Shown piece after piece: positions 26,027-40,468 of a stretch of DNA of 64,000 nucleotides. Position numbers and translations under genes: made by a program. Below the pieces are notes generated by a model. The model had not been told where the DNA came from, did no database searches, and saw only the letters and a program-made list of their open reading frames with translations. The stretch spans positions 75,578,001 to 75,642,000 of the forward strand of contig CM059430.1 in assembly GCA_030390025.1 (NCBI GenBank), written 5' to 3'. The stretch comes from Squalus acanthias (lineage: Eukaryota). Each line of letters starts with the position of its first letter. Within the stretch, counting starts at the first letter, position 1.

Positions 26027-27225
26027 AATAGATAAGGGCGAACCAGTGGATTTGGTGTATTTGGACTTTCAGAAGGCTTTCCATAAGGTCCTGCATAAGA
26101 GATTAGCGTGCACAGTTGAAGCACATGGGATTGGGGGTAAGGTACTGACTTGGTTGGCAGACAGGAAGCAAAGAGTTGAAATAAATAGGTATTTTTCCTA
26201 GCGGCAGGCAGTGACTAGTGGAGTACCGCAGGGATCTGTGCTAGGACCACAGTTATTTACAATATATATATATATTCATGATCTAGACGAGGGAAATAGA
26301 TGTAATATCATCAAGTTTGCAGACGACATAAAGCTGGGTGGGCGTGTGTGCTGTGAGGAGGATGCAGAGAAACTCCAGTATGATTTGGCCAGTTTGGGTG
26401 ATTGGGCAGATGCATGGCAGATGCAGTATAATGTGGATAAATGCGAGGTTATCCACTTTGGTGGCAAAAACAGGAAGGCAGATTATTATCTGAAAGGCAA
26501 TAGATTGGTAAAAGGGGAATTGCAACGAGACCTGGGTGTCCTTGTGCACCAGTCGCTGAATGTAAGCATGCAGGTGCAGCAGGCGATTAAGACGGCAAAT
26601 GGTATGTTGGCCTTCACAGCGAGAGGATTCGAGTACAGAGCAAGGATGTCTTGCTGCAGTTGTACAGGGCCTTGTTGAGACCAAACCTTGAGTATTGTGT
26701 GCAGTTTTGGTCGCCTTATCTGAGTAAGGATGTTCTTGCCATGGAGGGAGTGCAGCGAGGATTCGCCAGACTGATACTTGGGATGGCAGGAATGACGTAA
26801 GAAGAGAGATTTGGTCGATTAGGCTTATATTCGCTAGAGTTTAGAAGAATGAGGTGGGATCGCATTGAAACTTATAAAATTCTAACAGGACTAGACAGTC
26901 TGGATGCAGGAAGGATGTTCCCGATGGCAGGGGATTCCTGAACCATGGGTCACAGTCTAAGGATAAGGGGTAAGCATGTTAGGACTGAGATGAGGAGGAA
27001 TTTCTTCACCCAGAGTGTGGTGAACCTGTGGAATTCTCTACCACAGAAGGCAGTTGAGGCCAATTCATTAAATATATTCAAGAAGGAGTTAGATATATTA
27101 CTTAAGGCTAAAGCGATCAAGGGATATGGGGAGAAAGGGACAGAATACTGAAATTGGATGATCAGCCATGATCTCATTAAATGGCGGAACAGGCTCGAGG
27201 GGCTATGTTTCTATGTTTCTTCTAT
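26027..27225 (+). mobile_element. CR1 LINE 3' portion (RT)
   Basis: [42 protein letters not shown]; (tttctatg) tail. Confidence 0.92.
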
Positions 27226-28319
27226 GAAATTATAGAATCTCCCTGCAACGGCAGGAGATTACTGGTAGAGAAGACACAGATCCAGACGTGGTGCTGCAAT
27301 AGAATGGCCCAGCAGGATGCTCGTGTATGACTAAGTCATTAATGTGTGTATTATTAGTTACAATGATGTGAGTGGTAAAATGGATCCGGAAGTAAGTGAA
27401 ATAAATGAAGAATTTGAAGGAAACAGTGAAATAGATAGTGGATTGTGGAATCATGTGGAAGGTATTTTCCTGAGTAGCAAGGATGGGAATGTAGAATATT
27501 GAATAATATAATATTAACAGCTTTGTATGGATAAAGGATACATGGGCTAATTAATGTTGGAATGCGTAACTCCGAACAAGATTTATCTACGGAGCGTGGA
27601 CTAATTAGCAGTTAATACATTATTAGTAGTTCAGTAACATATATCTGCGAGTTTCGAAACGCTACACAAAAAAGGGAATCTCATCGGGGCTCACAGATAC
27701 ATCCATAACTGTGCACGTGGAAAAGCTACTCTGCTACGAACCTGTACGCATGTAGCTTCAAGGCTCCTTGGAATAGGGGTCTCGGCCCCTTAGGTGCCTC
27801 CCATATTTATAGTTAGTATAGAAATGCATTCATTATTATTCATTACCTCCCATTAATTTTAGATCTCTTTCTGTGTCTTGACCAGATATTTCCAGGTCTT
27901 CGAGCGCTCTAGACTCAGGTGTTCTACCTTCTTTCGCTGTGTAAGCACGTATCTCTTGTCCATGCCCCTTCCTACAAGGCCACCTCTACTCCACCCCTCT
28001 AACTTTCACTATTCTTTGCTCCTCCACCTTATAATAGGTAATTAGTAATTATTTCTGCAGCAACCTACAGCTACAGACTTAGTGCCCACTTTTCATACTG
28101 GATCTATTGCAAGTGAAGTATATGTTCTCCCCTTGCGTCTTCCCCCACAATGACTATATCGCTATTACATACTGCAGTTAGCATAGAGGGCTATAGAAAA
28201 GGAGAGCGGGTTAAATCGCATTGGGTGTGATCCAGCAGAACATCTGGTGAGAAATAATGTGTAAAACATTAACAAAATGAAAGTCAGTTTTAATATCTGT
28301 GTATTAAGAGAATATCTTC

Positions 28320-29385
28320 AGTGTGCATCTTGTAGATGGTACACAGTGCAGCCACGGTAAGCCGGTGTTGGAGGGATTGAATGTTTAAGGTGTTGGATGG
28401 GTTTCCAATCCAAGCAGGCTGCTTTGTCCTAGATGGTGTCTAGCTTCTTGAGTGTTGTTGGAGCTGCACTCAAATAGGCAACTGGAGAGTATTCCATCAC
28501 ACTCCTGATCTGTACCTTATTGATGGTGGAAAGGCTTTGGGGAGTAAGGAGATGAGACACACGACGCAGAATACCGAGCCACAGATCAGCTCTTGTTGCC
28601 ACAGTATTTATTTGGCTGATCCAGTTAAGTTTCTGGTCAATGGTGACCCCCAGGATGTTGATGATGGGGAATTCGGCGATGATAATGCCGTTGAATGTTA
28701 AGGGGAGGTGGTTAGAATCTCGTTTGTTGGAGATGGTCATTGCCTGGCACTTGTGTGGCGCAAATGTTACTTGCCACATTATCAGTCCAAGCCAGAATGT
28801 CGTCCAGGTCTTGCTGCATACGAGCATGGACTGATTCATTTTCTGAGGAGTTGTGAATGAAACAACACTATGCAATCATTAGTGAACATCCCCACCTCTG
28901 ACATTTTGAAGGATGGAAGGTCACTGATGAAGCAGCTGAAGATGTTTGGGCCTAGGACACAGCCCTGAGGAACTCCTGCAGCGATGTCCTAGGGCTAAGA
29001 TGATTGACTTCCAACAACCATAAACATCATCTTTTGTGTTAAGTATGCCCCCTGCCAGTGGAGACTTTTCCCCCGATTCCCAATTACTTCAATTTTACTA
29101 CGGCTCCTTGAAGATACATTCGGTGTAATGCTGCCTTGATATCACTCACACCACTCCTCTGGAATTCAGCTCTTTTGTTCGTGTTTCGTTCAAGGCTGTA
29201 AAGAGGTCTGGAATCGAGTGTTCACAGTGGAACCCAAACTGAGCATCGGTAAGTAGGTTATTGGTGCTTAAGTTCCGCTTAATAGCATTGTCGACGACGC
29301 CTTCCATGACTTTGCTGATGATTGAGAGTAGACTGATGGGGTGGTAATTGGCCGGTTTGGATTTGTTATGCTTTTTGTGGACAGT
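28320..29385 (-). mobile_element. Non-LTR retrotransposon RT fragment (CR1/L2 group, distinct family)
   Basis: NYHPISLLSIISKVME..QFGF and WQVTFAPHKC..LGVTIDQKLNW; a second copy lies on + at ~31670-32065. Confidence 0.8.
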
Positions 29386-29610
29386 GAAATGGATCAATAC
29401 TTGAAGGAAAAAAGTGCAGGGCTAGGGGAAAGGAGCGGGGACTGGGACTAATTGGATAGTACTTTCAATTAGCCGCCACAGGCACAATGGGCCGAATGGC
29501 CCGATTCTGTGCTGTATCTTTCGATACTTCTATGATTCTGTGAAGGTTTCACATACCCTCCGAAATAAATTTCACATTCCAGTGAACATGAAATATATGT
29601 GGTGCGGCAT

Positions 29611-29623
29611 TGCCACCTACTGG
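29611..29623 (-). promoter_or_regulatory. Candidate CTCF site CCAGTAGGTGGCA
   Basis: Close match to the CTCF core consensus in apparently non-repetitive DNA between genes A and B; motif match only. Confidence 0.35.
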
Positions 29624-30159
29624 TATATTAGCATATGACACACAAGGATCACATGACAGCAGTCTCACAGTTAAAAGAGTAGATTTTGACTTTGTGCAAG
29701 TGCGTGAAACGGGTGATAGCAAGTCAGCAGCCCGTTTTGCATCGATCCGAAGTTTATTTCCAGATCGCATAGAGTCAAGATCTACCCCAATATGTGCGAA
29801 GCAAATTACCTGATGTTGCATAGAACTGTCCATCAGAACTTTTAATATCAGTGAGATTTAAAACAAGTGGAGACTCAAAACTGAAAAACGTTTCGAGCGG
29901 TGTCGTACTCAGTGTGTTGTCTTTAGCTGCTAATCATCAGTCAGGTATATCACTACCATGATATTCTGTATGAATCTGTTCGTTATAATAGGGTAATAGA
30001 ATAAGGATAAGGAGCAGGAGTTATACTACGAGAGCTGTACTCTTATATAATCCACCAACCGAGGGGGGGGGGGGGGCTACGGTAGTGTAGTGAGGATGTG
30101 ACCCCAGCTGATTCACAGAGTCTGAGGTGGCTGGTTTATAGCGGAGAAAGAAAATAAAG

Positions 30160-30560
30160 ACTGATATTTTTATAGATCCATTCACGACGTCAGGACAGCC
30201 CAAAGCGCTTTACAGCGAATGAAGTACTCTTGATGGGAAGTCACTGCTGCAATGTAGAAAATAGGGTGGCGAATTTCCGCACAGCTAGGTACCACAAACT
30301 GTAATTAAATAAATTGCTACATAAAGGCCTTTTTCTCTGCTGTATCGTACCATCGTACTCTGATAATCTGTTTTAGTGATATTGGTTGAACTGGCTGTGA
30401 GGCACGAACAAGGGCATTGGCCGATTGGTTGGCGGGGATACAGGCAGGCTGTCATTCTGAGAGAGGACAACAAGTGCCTCTCCCATGTAGCCAAGTCCAC
30501 TCTTTTGGAACAGTGACTGAGCATTCCTATGGATCTCTGCAAAAACTGAGTACAGGAATG
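30160..30560 (-). mobile_element. Deu-SINE (SacSINE1-like) remnant
   Basis: caaagcgctttacagc.aatgaagtact..gtcactg.tg.aatgtag segment; recognised from memory of the family, not by search. Confidence 0.5.
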
Positions 30561-32074
30561 TTGTGCCACTTTTGAAGACCCTGTGAACAATGATCCCACA
30601 GCCAAGTTGACAGCAGGTTAAGCTTTCATAGCAGCAGGGGAGCTGCCATGAGACTATCAGAGCTGTCAACAGTAGCTTCATCATGATGGTAGTCACTGTC
30701 GTCTTCATGGAGCTCGTCACTCAGTCCATATTAGATAGTATGGCTTCCATCCTCTGCATCAAGCCCTGGCATAAATTAAAGCTGGACTCCGCCTTGATCT
30801 GAGCCTTTCTACGCAAACCCACTTGCAGAATGGCCAATACACCTAGCATTTGCTGGTGTATTCCCTTCTTCGGCAGTCTGGGCACAGAATTCAGCATCTA
30901 AGCCCTCTGCTGCAGAGATAGCATGTGATCTCGCCCTCCTGATATCTGGTACCTTTGGCATCCTATCTCTCTGCCTTATCTCCTGCACACCTATTGCTGG
31001 TGATTCTGCATGTGAAGGCTCCCTCCTCTAGACTTCTCTCTCTCGAGTATGCATAGTGCCACTTTCTGTGATGCTGCTTGCTAAGGTCAGATCGAGTGAC
31101 GCTGCATCTACAGGAAGGCTTGCCTCCTCTTCCTGAAGTGGCAGAGGTGTGTTCACATTTTCATCATCTGATATGGAAAAGAGGGACAAGAGTTAACTTT
31201 TAGTGTGACGGGGGAGCAGAGTGTGAAATGGGTAGTGAATGAAGCTGCAGTTTGTCATGCAGAATGTAGGGTGAGATAGAAGCATGGAGGGAAAATAAGG
31301 GCAAGTTATCAAGAAACACTGTGCGGCCTCTCCTCCAGCGTTACAATTCCCCCAAGATATGACTCTGCCCATGCCCATGATGGCCAGCAGAAGGAACTTA
31401 ATGTGTAGACAAATCGGCCTGCTCCTGTTGCAGCTTCTTGCAATATGTCATACGCAAAGTTTTCCTGGAAGAAAGTAGGGAATGTTTTAGAGACATCCAT
31501 CTGAAGTGTTGTGGGAGGACCGCAGGGAAGAGTTCAGTTACTTCAACAATGACTTTCCCTCCATCATTAGGTCAGAAGTGAGGTTGATGAATGCAGAATG
31601 TTCAAATCCAATCAGAATTCCTCAGCTAATGCTGCAGTCCTTGTAAGCTTGCAGTACGACCTTCATGATTCGCCTGTTCAATGCCATAACATCTGCGCCA
31701 CACAAATGCCAGACAATGACCATCTCCAATCATAGAGACCATAAGCGCCTGACCGTGATATTCAACGGCATTACGATTGCCCAATTCCTCACCATACGTA
31801 TCATGGGGGTCGCCAATGACCAGGAACTCAACTGGACCAGCCATATAAAAGCCGTGGCTAGTAGACGAGGTTAGAGTATGGGTATTCTCCGGAGAATGTC
31901 TCACTTCCTGATTCCGGAAGCTTCTCCAGCATACACAAAACATAGATCAGAAGTGTAATGAAATACCTTGCAGTAGCTTGGATGGGTGCAGCAGCAACAA
32001 CACTCAAGGAGCTCGACACCATGCAGAATAAAAAAAAACCTTTGATTAGCACCTCATCCAAAAAGTTTAACAAA

Positions 32075-35000
32075 TAGAAGTAAATGGGTATGATGTAATT
32101 GGCATTACAGAGACATGTTTGCAGGGTTAGCAAAGCTGGGAACTGAATGTTCCAGGTTACTCTACATTTAGGAAGGACAGACAAAAAGTAAAAGGAGGTG
32201 GCGTAGTGCTGTTAATAAGTGATGAGATCGATACGGTTGAGATAAAAGATCTTGGATCGGCAGATCGTGATGTAGCACTGGAATCAGTTTGAGTGGAGCT
32301 AAGAAACAGCAAAGGGTGGAAAACATTGGTGGGAGTTGCGTACAGTCCACACAACAGTAGTGATAATGTAGGGCACAGTATCAATCAAGAAATTAGAAGT
32401 GCATGAAACAAGTGCAATACGGTAATCATGGGGGACTTTAATCTACATATTGGCTGGGCAAATCAATAAACACTAATGGCGTGGAGGACGATTTCTTGGA
32501 ATGTATGCGAGATGGATTCCTCGATCAGTATTTGGAGGAACCAACCAGGGAACAGACTATTCTGGATCTGATACTGTGTAATGAGAAAGGGCTAATCGAT
32601 AAACGTGTGGTAAAGCGGCCTTTAGGGACAAGTGACCATAATATGATTGAATTTTACATTAAGTTTGAGAGTGATGTAGTCCAATCTGAAACTAAGGTTT
32701 TCAATCTAAACGGAGGAAACTACAAGGGTATAAGGGAAAAGTTGGCCATGGTAGATTGGGAGGCAATACTAAAAGGTATGAAGGTGGACATACAATGGCT
32801 AACATTCAAGTAAATAATGCAAAATTTGCAACAAAAAAGACATATATTTCTCGAGGGCATAAAAAACCAAAAGGAAAATGATCCAACCATGGCAAACAAA
32901 ATAAATTTAAAGCTAGTATTAAGTCAAAGGAGTAAGCTTATAAAGTTGACAGAAAAAGCGGTCAGCCTGAGCATTGGGATCTTTTTAGAATTCAGCAAAG
33001 AGGGACCAAGAAATTGATAAAAAAGGGAAAATGGAATATGAGCAAAACTAGCCAAAAATATAGAAACGGATTTTTAAAACTTCTATAGGATTGTGAAAAG
33101 GCGAAGACTTGCGAAGGTAAATCTAGGTCCTTTACAGTCAGAAACGGGAGAATTTATGATGGGGAATGAGGATACCCCACTACTGACGAAAGGAGGGAGA
33201 GAGAAAACGGGGAACTACAGACCTGTTAGCCGCACATTAGTAGTTGGGAAAATGCTGAAATCTATTATAAAGGATGCAATAACTGTGCACTTAGAAACTA
33301 ATAGTAGGATTGGGCAGATCAACATGGATTTATGAAAGGGATATCCTGTTTGACAAAACTATTGGTGTTCTTTGAGGATGTAACAAGTGGAGTAAACAAA
33401 AGGGAACTGGTAGATGTGGTGTATCTGGATTTTCAGAAGGCCTTCGATAAGGTCCCACACAAGAGGTTGGTGAACACAATTAGGGCACTTGGAATTGGGG
33501 ATATTATACTAGCATGCATTGAGAATTGGTTTACAGACAGAAAACAATGAGTAGGGATAAACGGGAATTTTACAGGATGGCAAGCTGTGACTAATGGGGT
33601 ACCGCAAGGATCGGTGCTTGGGCCCCAGCTATTCGCAATCTATATCAATGAATTAGATGAGGGGACTAAATGTAACATTTCCAAATTGACTGATGATACA
33701 AAGCTAGGTGGCAGTGTCAGTTGTGAAGAGGATGTGAAGAGGCTTCAAGGGGATCACGACAGGCTCAGTGAGAGGGCGACAACATGGCAGATTGAATATA
33801 ATGTGGATAAATGTGAAGTGATCCACTTTTGTAGAAAAAACAGAAAGGCAGATATTTCCTAAATGGTTAAAGATTGGTTAATGCAGATGCGCAAAGGGAC
33901 CTGTGTTTCGTTGTACATGAGTGACTGAAAGTGAATGTGCAGGTGCGGCAAGCCATTAGGAAGGCAAATGGAATGCTGGCCATCATTGCAAGAGGATTTA
34001 AGTACAGGAGTAAAGAAGTCTTACTCCAATTATATAGGGCCTGGAGAGACCACACCTGGAGTACTGTGAACAATTTTGCTCTCCTTACCGAAGGAAGGAT
34101 ATACTCGCCATAGAGGGAGTGCAACAAAGGTTCACGAGATTGATTCCTGGGATGGCAGGACTGTCGTATGAGAAGATATTGGTCCAGAAATTCGGCTCTC
34201 CGGCTTGCCGCGGAGGTAAGGATCGTGTGCACTCTTACCTACCACGCCTGCCGTTGTGTTTTGCACCCAAGGGAACTTCGGGTCCTGGGCCTCTCCAACT
34301 GCCGGAGCGCAGTGATTGCGTGTTCCAGGGGCGCAGTTAGTGCGATGCGACCCCCTGGGATCACGTGGGCCATGGAGAGCCAATGGCAGCAGACCATCTT
34401 TCATTCCTGTCAAATCTGTGAATTCAAATCGGCCCCAAAAGAACAGCTAAACTTAAAATAAATTTAAAAAAAACCATCACATTTATAAATTAACTATACT
34501 TAAATAAATTAACCACTTTAAACAAAAATTTGAATTGTTGAAAATATTAAAATACTTTTTAAAAGTTATAAAAATAAACTTACCTTTCTTTAAAGTATCT
34601 AAAAACGATAAACCTGTTGAAAAAAATTTAAAATGATACTTAATTAACCACTTACCTTGTTCAAAACGGGACTTGCGCTTCCTTTTCATTAGCGTAGTAT
34701 CTTCCATACTTAACCTCGCGTAGAAACCTGAAAAAAAAATCTAAGTGTGCTGCGTGCACGCAGCCTCTAGCGCGCACGTGGTTCACCTAGGAACCGCCCC
34801 CTTCACCATACCGGATGTTCCGGTATCCCGCGCATGCGCAGTGCATGCAGGAAACTGGCACTTCGGGAAGCAATACGGGTGACTACACAGTCTGTACTCA
34901 CCCCGGAAGGGCCGAATTTTTGGGCCATTAAGTAAACTAGACCAGTATTCTGTTTAATTCAGAAGCATGAGAGGGGAGCCCATTGAAGCATTCAAAATTA

Positions 35001-35370
35001 TTACAGGGTTTGATGGGATGGATGCTGGGAGAATGTTTCCCTTGGCTGGGGAGTCTAGAGCCAGGGGCCACAGCCTCAAGATAAAGGGTAGGCCAATCAG
35101 GAATGAGATGAGAAGACATTTCTTCACACAGAGGGTGGTGAATTTTTGGAGTTCTCTACCTGAGAGTGCTGTGGAGGCTCAGTCATTGGGAATATTGAAA
35201 ACAGAAGTCAATAGATTTCTGACTAGTAAGGGCATTAAGGGATAAGGCGATAGTGCCGCTGGATGGAGTTGAGGCAGAAGATCAGCCGTGATCTCATTGT
35301 ATAGCGGAGCAGGTTCAAAGGGCCGAATGGCCTACTCTTGCACCTATTTCCTATGTGCTTATGTTCTTAT
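32075..35370 (+). mobile_element. Degraded CR1 ORF2 (APE endonuclease + RT) with nested MITE
   Basis: [36 protein letters not shown] motifs with many stops; 3' tail at ~35350. Confidence 0.92.
34181..34926. mobile_element. Harbinger-type MITE inserted in CR1
   Basis: ~23-bp TIRs ggtccagaaattcggctctccgg / ccggaagggccgaatttttgggcc, ATT target-site duplication; CR1 resumes after it. Confidence 0.88.
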
Positions 35371-36458
35371 CTGCCACTCCCTTTACCGCCGGAGTTCTCT
35401 GGCTCCAGTATGTACGATCCACAGCACGGGTCGTCCTTTCAATGACCAATCTTATAGAAGTTTGCGTCTGATTGCCACCCTGTTCTTCTGTTGTTCAGGC
35501 CACTTTCATTAGATCATTTTCAATGAGAGGAGCTTTGTCACCCACAAGCGTCTGTTGACATGATTTTACTCCGTGTAGCGGTCACGGACTGTTAGATGTC
35601 AATGGATGAATCATGGTGACAACTTCTAGCATATCTCACATTGAACTGTTTGCATGTTGTCGCACAAAATATGTACATTGAGAGACTGCAAACTTCTGTC
35701 GAAAAAATTTATCTACTGGGTGAATAACATCATGTCAGCCTTGGTCACAAAACCAAACCTCTGGTCTTATGGATAATGAGCTCACCGAGCCTAAGTGATG
35801 ACCTGGTGGTGGAAGTTAGCTTCAGGTCTGGCTTCTTATGTCGAGATTCTTCAGTAAGTGCAGTCTCCTCAGACATATCTCTTGAGTGACATGTGGAAGG
35901 ACGATTTATCTGGATCTTATCGTGCTCCTTTGATGGCAAATGAAGTTTGCTTCCCTGTTATGCTCTTCCTCCTGCTCCGCTTAAGACGCTGCAGAGAAGA
36001 ATCCCCTTTGGAAACCCATTTATTGAAGCTTATGTGAATTCGAAGGAAAATATTTCCGCCTACCCCAAAGACCACAGAAAGAGAGATCGAAGGCCGGCTT
36101 GCTTTTATAAATTGCCAACTTATTGGTCGTTCTTGTAGAACCAGTAACGCCTTTTAAAAAGTTACTTCCACCTCGATTCCCGGCTGCAGGTATCGACCCG
36201 AGCGTCAGACGGGTCAAACCTGGCATGAATGACGGCTTTCGAATGGTTGTTGTCATCCTGTAACACCTGTCATTTCCTTAACACCGCCAATAGGGGTGCC
36301 GGTAATTCTTACCACCCCCTCCACTTCTAACAACACGCACACGGGCCGGTATTTCATGATGTCCGATTCCCACCGTTTACCTCCCCCCCAGCCCAGATTG
36401 GACAGGTTTCGCGAATAAATTCAGGGGAAATTCTACACCAGGTTGTCACGCTTAAGTG

Positions 36459-36477
36459 TGACGTAATGCATTTCCGG
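36459..36477 (+). promoter_or_regulatory. Candidate proximal promoter of unit B (ATF/CRE-like TGACGTA and ETS-like TTTCCGG)
   Basis: Both motifs lie 70-90 nt upstream of the ATG and are also present upstream of unit C (40926-40945). Confidence 0.4.
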
Positions 36478-36546
36478 CTCTTCAAAGTTCTAACGAACCA
36501 TCAGCCAGTTCACGGTCTGTCGCTCCGAGTGATCAATTGGTTCAGA

Positions 36547-36601
36547 ATGTTGGCGATTGCTGTACTTCAGTGCCTCTCTGTTCTGGGATTCATGTTCATA
36601 G
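36547..36601 (+). CDS. Unit B exon 1: signal peptide MLAIAVLQCLSVLGFMFI
   Basis: ATG, hydrophobic leader, phase-1 donor G|GTACCT in frame with the V exon. Confidence 0.85.
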
Positions 36602-36771
36602 GTACCTGTTGTTTCTATACATTGCCTTCTCGCTAAAACGTAGAGTTGCTTAACTTCCATTTGATACAACAGGTTACATTGTCCTTTGCACACATTGCCT
36701 GACTCAAATACCCTCGCGCTTTTTCTGTGTAATATTCTCAATAATTCGATTTTGATTTTCTTTCCCGATAG

Positions 36772-37092
36772 GCTCCTGCGAAACCTCGGTCAAAGTGACT
36801 CAGCTCGCTGAAAGCCCGAGCGGAATCACGGGTACAAGCGTTTCCTTACATTGCTCGAATCCCTTCTTTCAAGACGGACCACAGGTGAAGGTATACTGGT
36901 GGAAACAGTGTGATAATAAATATCTAAGCACTGGACCTGATGACAGAAAAGTAACTGGCTCCAAAACTAAAATCAGCGGCTTCCTTCAGATAATCAATGT
37001 GACTGTCCAGGACTCGGGAGAATATTATTGCACTGTCGTCCATCGAGGCAGAATAATTGGAAACGGAACAGGATCCAATTTAACTGTCTCGG
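36772..37092 (+). CDS. Unit B exon 2: V-set domain with germline J-like motif (VSLHC..VYWWK..DSGEYYC..IGNGTGSNLTVS)
   Basis: gatag acceptor, g|gtcagt donor, 321 nt open. Confidence 0.95.
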
Positions 37093-37848
37093 GTCAGTAT
37101 AAAAGAAGCGGCGAATGAGATGCCTGTAACTGTAATATTACACTGCAAATATATTCAGCGGATCAATCATACTTTGGAATCGTTTGCATTCTACGCTGTT
37201 TCGCACTTCGAAGTATTGTTCAGTTATACTTTGAAGCATTTACTTTGGAACTCAAATTCCAATTGTTTTATATATATTAATTGTACTTATACGGAAGACT
37301 GATAGCGTTACATGTTAATTAGCATTTCAATACTGCCCTATTATTAAAAAAAATCGATTGTGCTTTTATTTGTTTGGATAGTGTAAAACGCGTTATATCG
37401 GAGCAACTGCTCCTTATTCACCCTCCCTATTGTCCTTTCCTGTGAAGTGAATGGAATAAAATATCGGTATAACGATCGGCCCCAAAAAGTTATACTAAAG
37501 TTCAAGATGTTAACAGGTTCATTCTAAGATTTAAGAGCACCATCTGTACGTCATTGTCTGTCTTGGTTTGTGAGGACTAACATTTACTCTTTGAATACAG
37601 ATTGGCGGGCTTACAATATAATGATCCATATATTGAGAGTCTTGAAAGCCGAGTGTACATAACAGTTAGTTATTGTGCACTGCTTGGAACCCGAACGACA
37701 AACCCCATATTTTCATAAAGTTCCTAATCTCCAGTAAGTAAGATGTTGACCAGAACCTGAGTTCTAAAGCCTCTCACGCTTGGGAAATTCGAATTGTGTC
37801 GCCAATTGTTATACTGCAGCCCTTAACCAGGTTTTAAATCGGCGAAAG

Positions 37849-38339
37849 TGTAAGACCACTGTTGGGGAGAAAATAGATTCTCAGAGTCTGTGTAAAGTCC
37901 AAAAACACATAGTTTATTGAAAAAGTACTTTGGATGAAGGAGTCAAAGGTCCCGTGATCTAATGTAACATCCTCTCATCTAACTTTTGGTTATTACAGCT
38001 TATATTCAGTATTTCTGGCTACATGCCATCATACATCGATTTTCGACCAATTATATGGTATTACATTAATCACCTGATTATATTTTGCCTTTATCTATAT
38101 TTATTTGGGAACAATCATAAAAGCAGTAACATCTTGCTGTGCTTTTTGAGCATGGGCTAATCCCACAGTCTACTACTGTATGTTATTTGTGATTGGCACT
38201 GTGCCTACGGCTTCGACCTAATTTTGTAAAAGGTCTCTTTCAATACCTTCATTAAACACCGAACCCTCCCTCAAAAGTCTGTCCGGCAGCTGGAATTATA
38301 TCTATTCCTTATCTTGTTTTGCAAAACCTTCACTGCACA
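37849..38339 (-). mobile_element. Possible solo LTR in the unit B V-C1 intron
   Basis: TGTAAG...CA ends and tttatt (reverse polyA signal) at ~37914; no counterpart in the unit C intron. Confidence 0.35.
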
Positions 38340-38868
38340 TGGTTGTATTGCAAATTGTGTAGAAATTGAATTTAACCATTTCAAATTAACTCTTTCAACC
38401 CCCGTTTAAATGTACAGAATATAAATTCAGCAATCTTTCTCAATTGCATAAGTCATATTATTTGCGTCATCCATTGAGCTACATAGAGGGAGAAGCAGAC
38501 TGTGTTCCTTTCCAATATGAAAAGGGACTGTGGTGTATTTTAATGTCCTGAATTTAGATCAGATACATTGAAGAACAATACTTCCTTGTGCTAATTGTTA
38601 AAGTTGTGAAGATGTTAAAAACCTGAAAAAATAACACCGAATAATAACAGAATAAAAGAGAAAATTACATAGAGCAAATGCAATAGAACATTACACAATT
38701 TATCCACAAATCAAGAGGGAAACATGAACATCAGGTTTAGATTTAGAAGATGCCGTTATCTATGTCCCTACTGATAGCGCACAGCGAAAATGTCCTGTCA
38801 CAAATGCAACGATGGGCTGGTAACCTTGAATGATGTCCAAGTAACATTCTTTTCCTGCACTTTTCTAG

Positions 38869-39180
38869 TTCCGCCAACTCCACTGAAAATTGTCTCTCAG
38901 GAACCTGAAACGGATTCACCTGCGCTCATGTCTGTACTGTGCACAACATCTCCCTTTTACCAGCAGAATATCAGCCTCACCTGGTATAAGGATGGAAGCA
39001 AAATTACACCAAGAATAAATAACATTAATCAACCAAACACCGATGGACTATATGAAGCTTCCAGCCGGTTGGAAGAGACGCAGACTGTCGAGACCGGGAC
39101 CGTTTATACCTGCATGGTGTTTCACAGTACCCTCAAAATTCCAGCCACGGTCACCCACACTGTCAGCTTCAGGAACACAG
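38869..39180 (+). CDS. Unit B exon 3: C1-set domain
   Basis: ttttctag acceptor, g|gtaata donor, 312 nt; C..FY(Q)..WYKDG..YTCMVFH. Read-through stop at 39260. Confidence 0.95.
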
Positions 39181-39194
39181 GTAATATTTTATAT

Positions 39195-40468
39195 AGAATC
39201 ATAGAAACTTACAGCACAGAAAGAACCATTAGGCCCGGCGTGCCTGTGCGGGCTCTTTGAAAGAGCTGTCCAAGTTAATCCCCACACCAGCTTTTTCCCC
39301 ATAACTCTGAAAAGTAGTCCTCTTCCAGTACACGTCCAATTGCCTTTGCTAAATTCCTACGGAAACTGGTTCCACAAACCTTTCTGGTAATGCGTTCTGG
39401 ATCCTAACAATACTTCGTGGGCAAATAATTCTCCTCAATTCACCTCATGTTTTTAACCAATAATTTTAATCTACGACCGATGTTTAACGACTCACTCCGT
39501 ACATAACTGCAGGCCCTCATCATTGTTATCATCCTGGTAAACCTCCTCAAACCCTCTTCAAGAACTTGACATCCTTCCGAAATTGTGGTGCTCAGAATTG
39601 GACACAGTACTCCAGCTGAGAACTAGCCAGTAATTTGTCAAGGTTTAGCATGACTTCCTTGTTTTTGCATTCACAGCCTCTAATTACAAATTCAATCATC
39701 CCATGTGCTTAATTAATCACCTTATCATCTTGCTCTTCCATCTTCAAAGATTTGTCAATATGCACCCCAGGTTCACCTGCCTCTGTAAGACCCTCAAAAT
39801 AGAACTATTTCGATTATACTGCCTCTCCATGTTGTTCCACCCAATGTGCACACTTCACTTGTCCGCATTAAATTGATCCAGACATGTGTCTGCCCGTTTC
39901 ACCACTCCATCTATGTCCTGCTGAAATCTTCTACTATCGGAAAAAGACCCATTTATTCCAACACTTTCCTTTCTATCTGCCAACCATTTCTCTATCCAAA
40001 TCAGTACCTCAACCCCAATTCCATATGCTTTAAATTTGCACGCTAATCTCTTATGCGGGACTTTATCGAAAGCCTTCTGAAAGTCCAAATACACCACATC
40101 CACTATTTTATCCCTTATCTAATCTACCAGTTACATCCTCAAAAAATTCCAGTAGATTAGTCAGGCATGATTTCCCTTTTGTAAATCCATGTTGACTTTG
40201 TCCGATCCTGTCACTGTTTTCCGAGTGCTCTTGCTATAACATCTTTTATACTGAACTCTAGCATTTTGCCCACTACCGATGTCAGGCTTACTGGTCTATA
40301 AATCCCTGTTTTTTTCTGTCATTTTTTTTAAATAGTGGGGTTACATTAGCTACCCTCCAATCCATGGGAACTGTTCCAGGGTCGATAGAATTTTGAAAGA
40401 TGACCAGCAATGCATCTATTATTTCTAGGGCCACTTCCTTAAGTACCCTAGGATGTAGATTATCAGGC
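39195..40468 (-). mobile_element. CR1 fragments
   Basis: tagaatcatagaa tail; [16 protein letters not shown] and PDNLHPRVLKE on the - strand. Confidence 0.85.
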
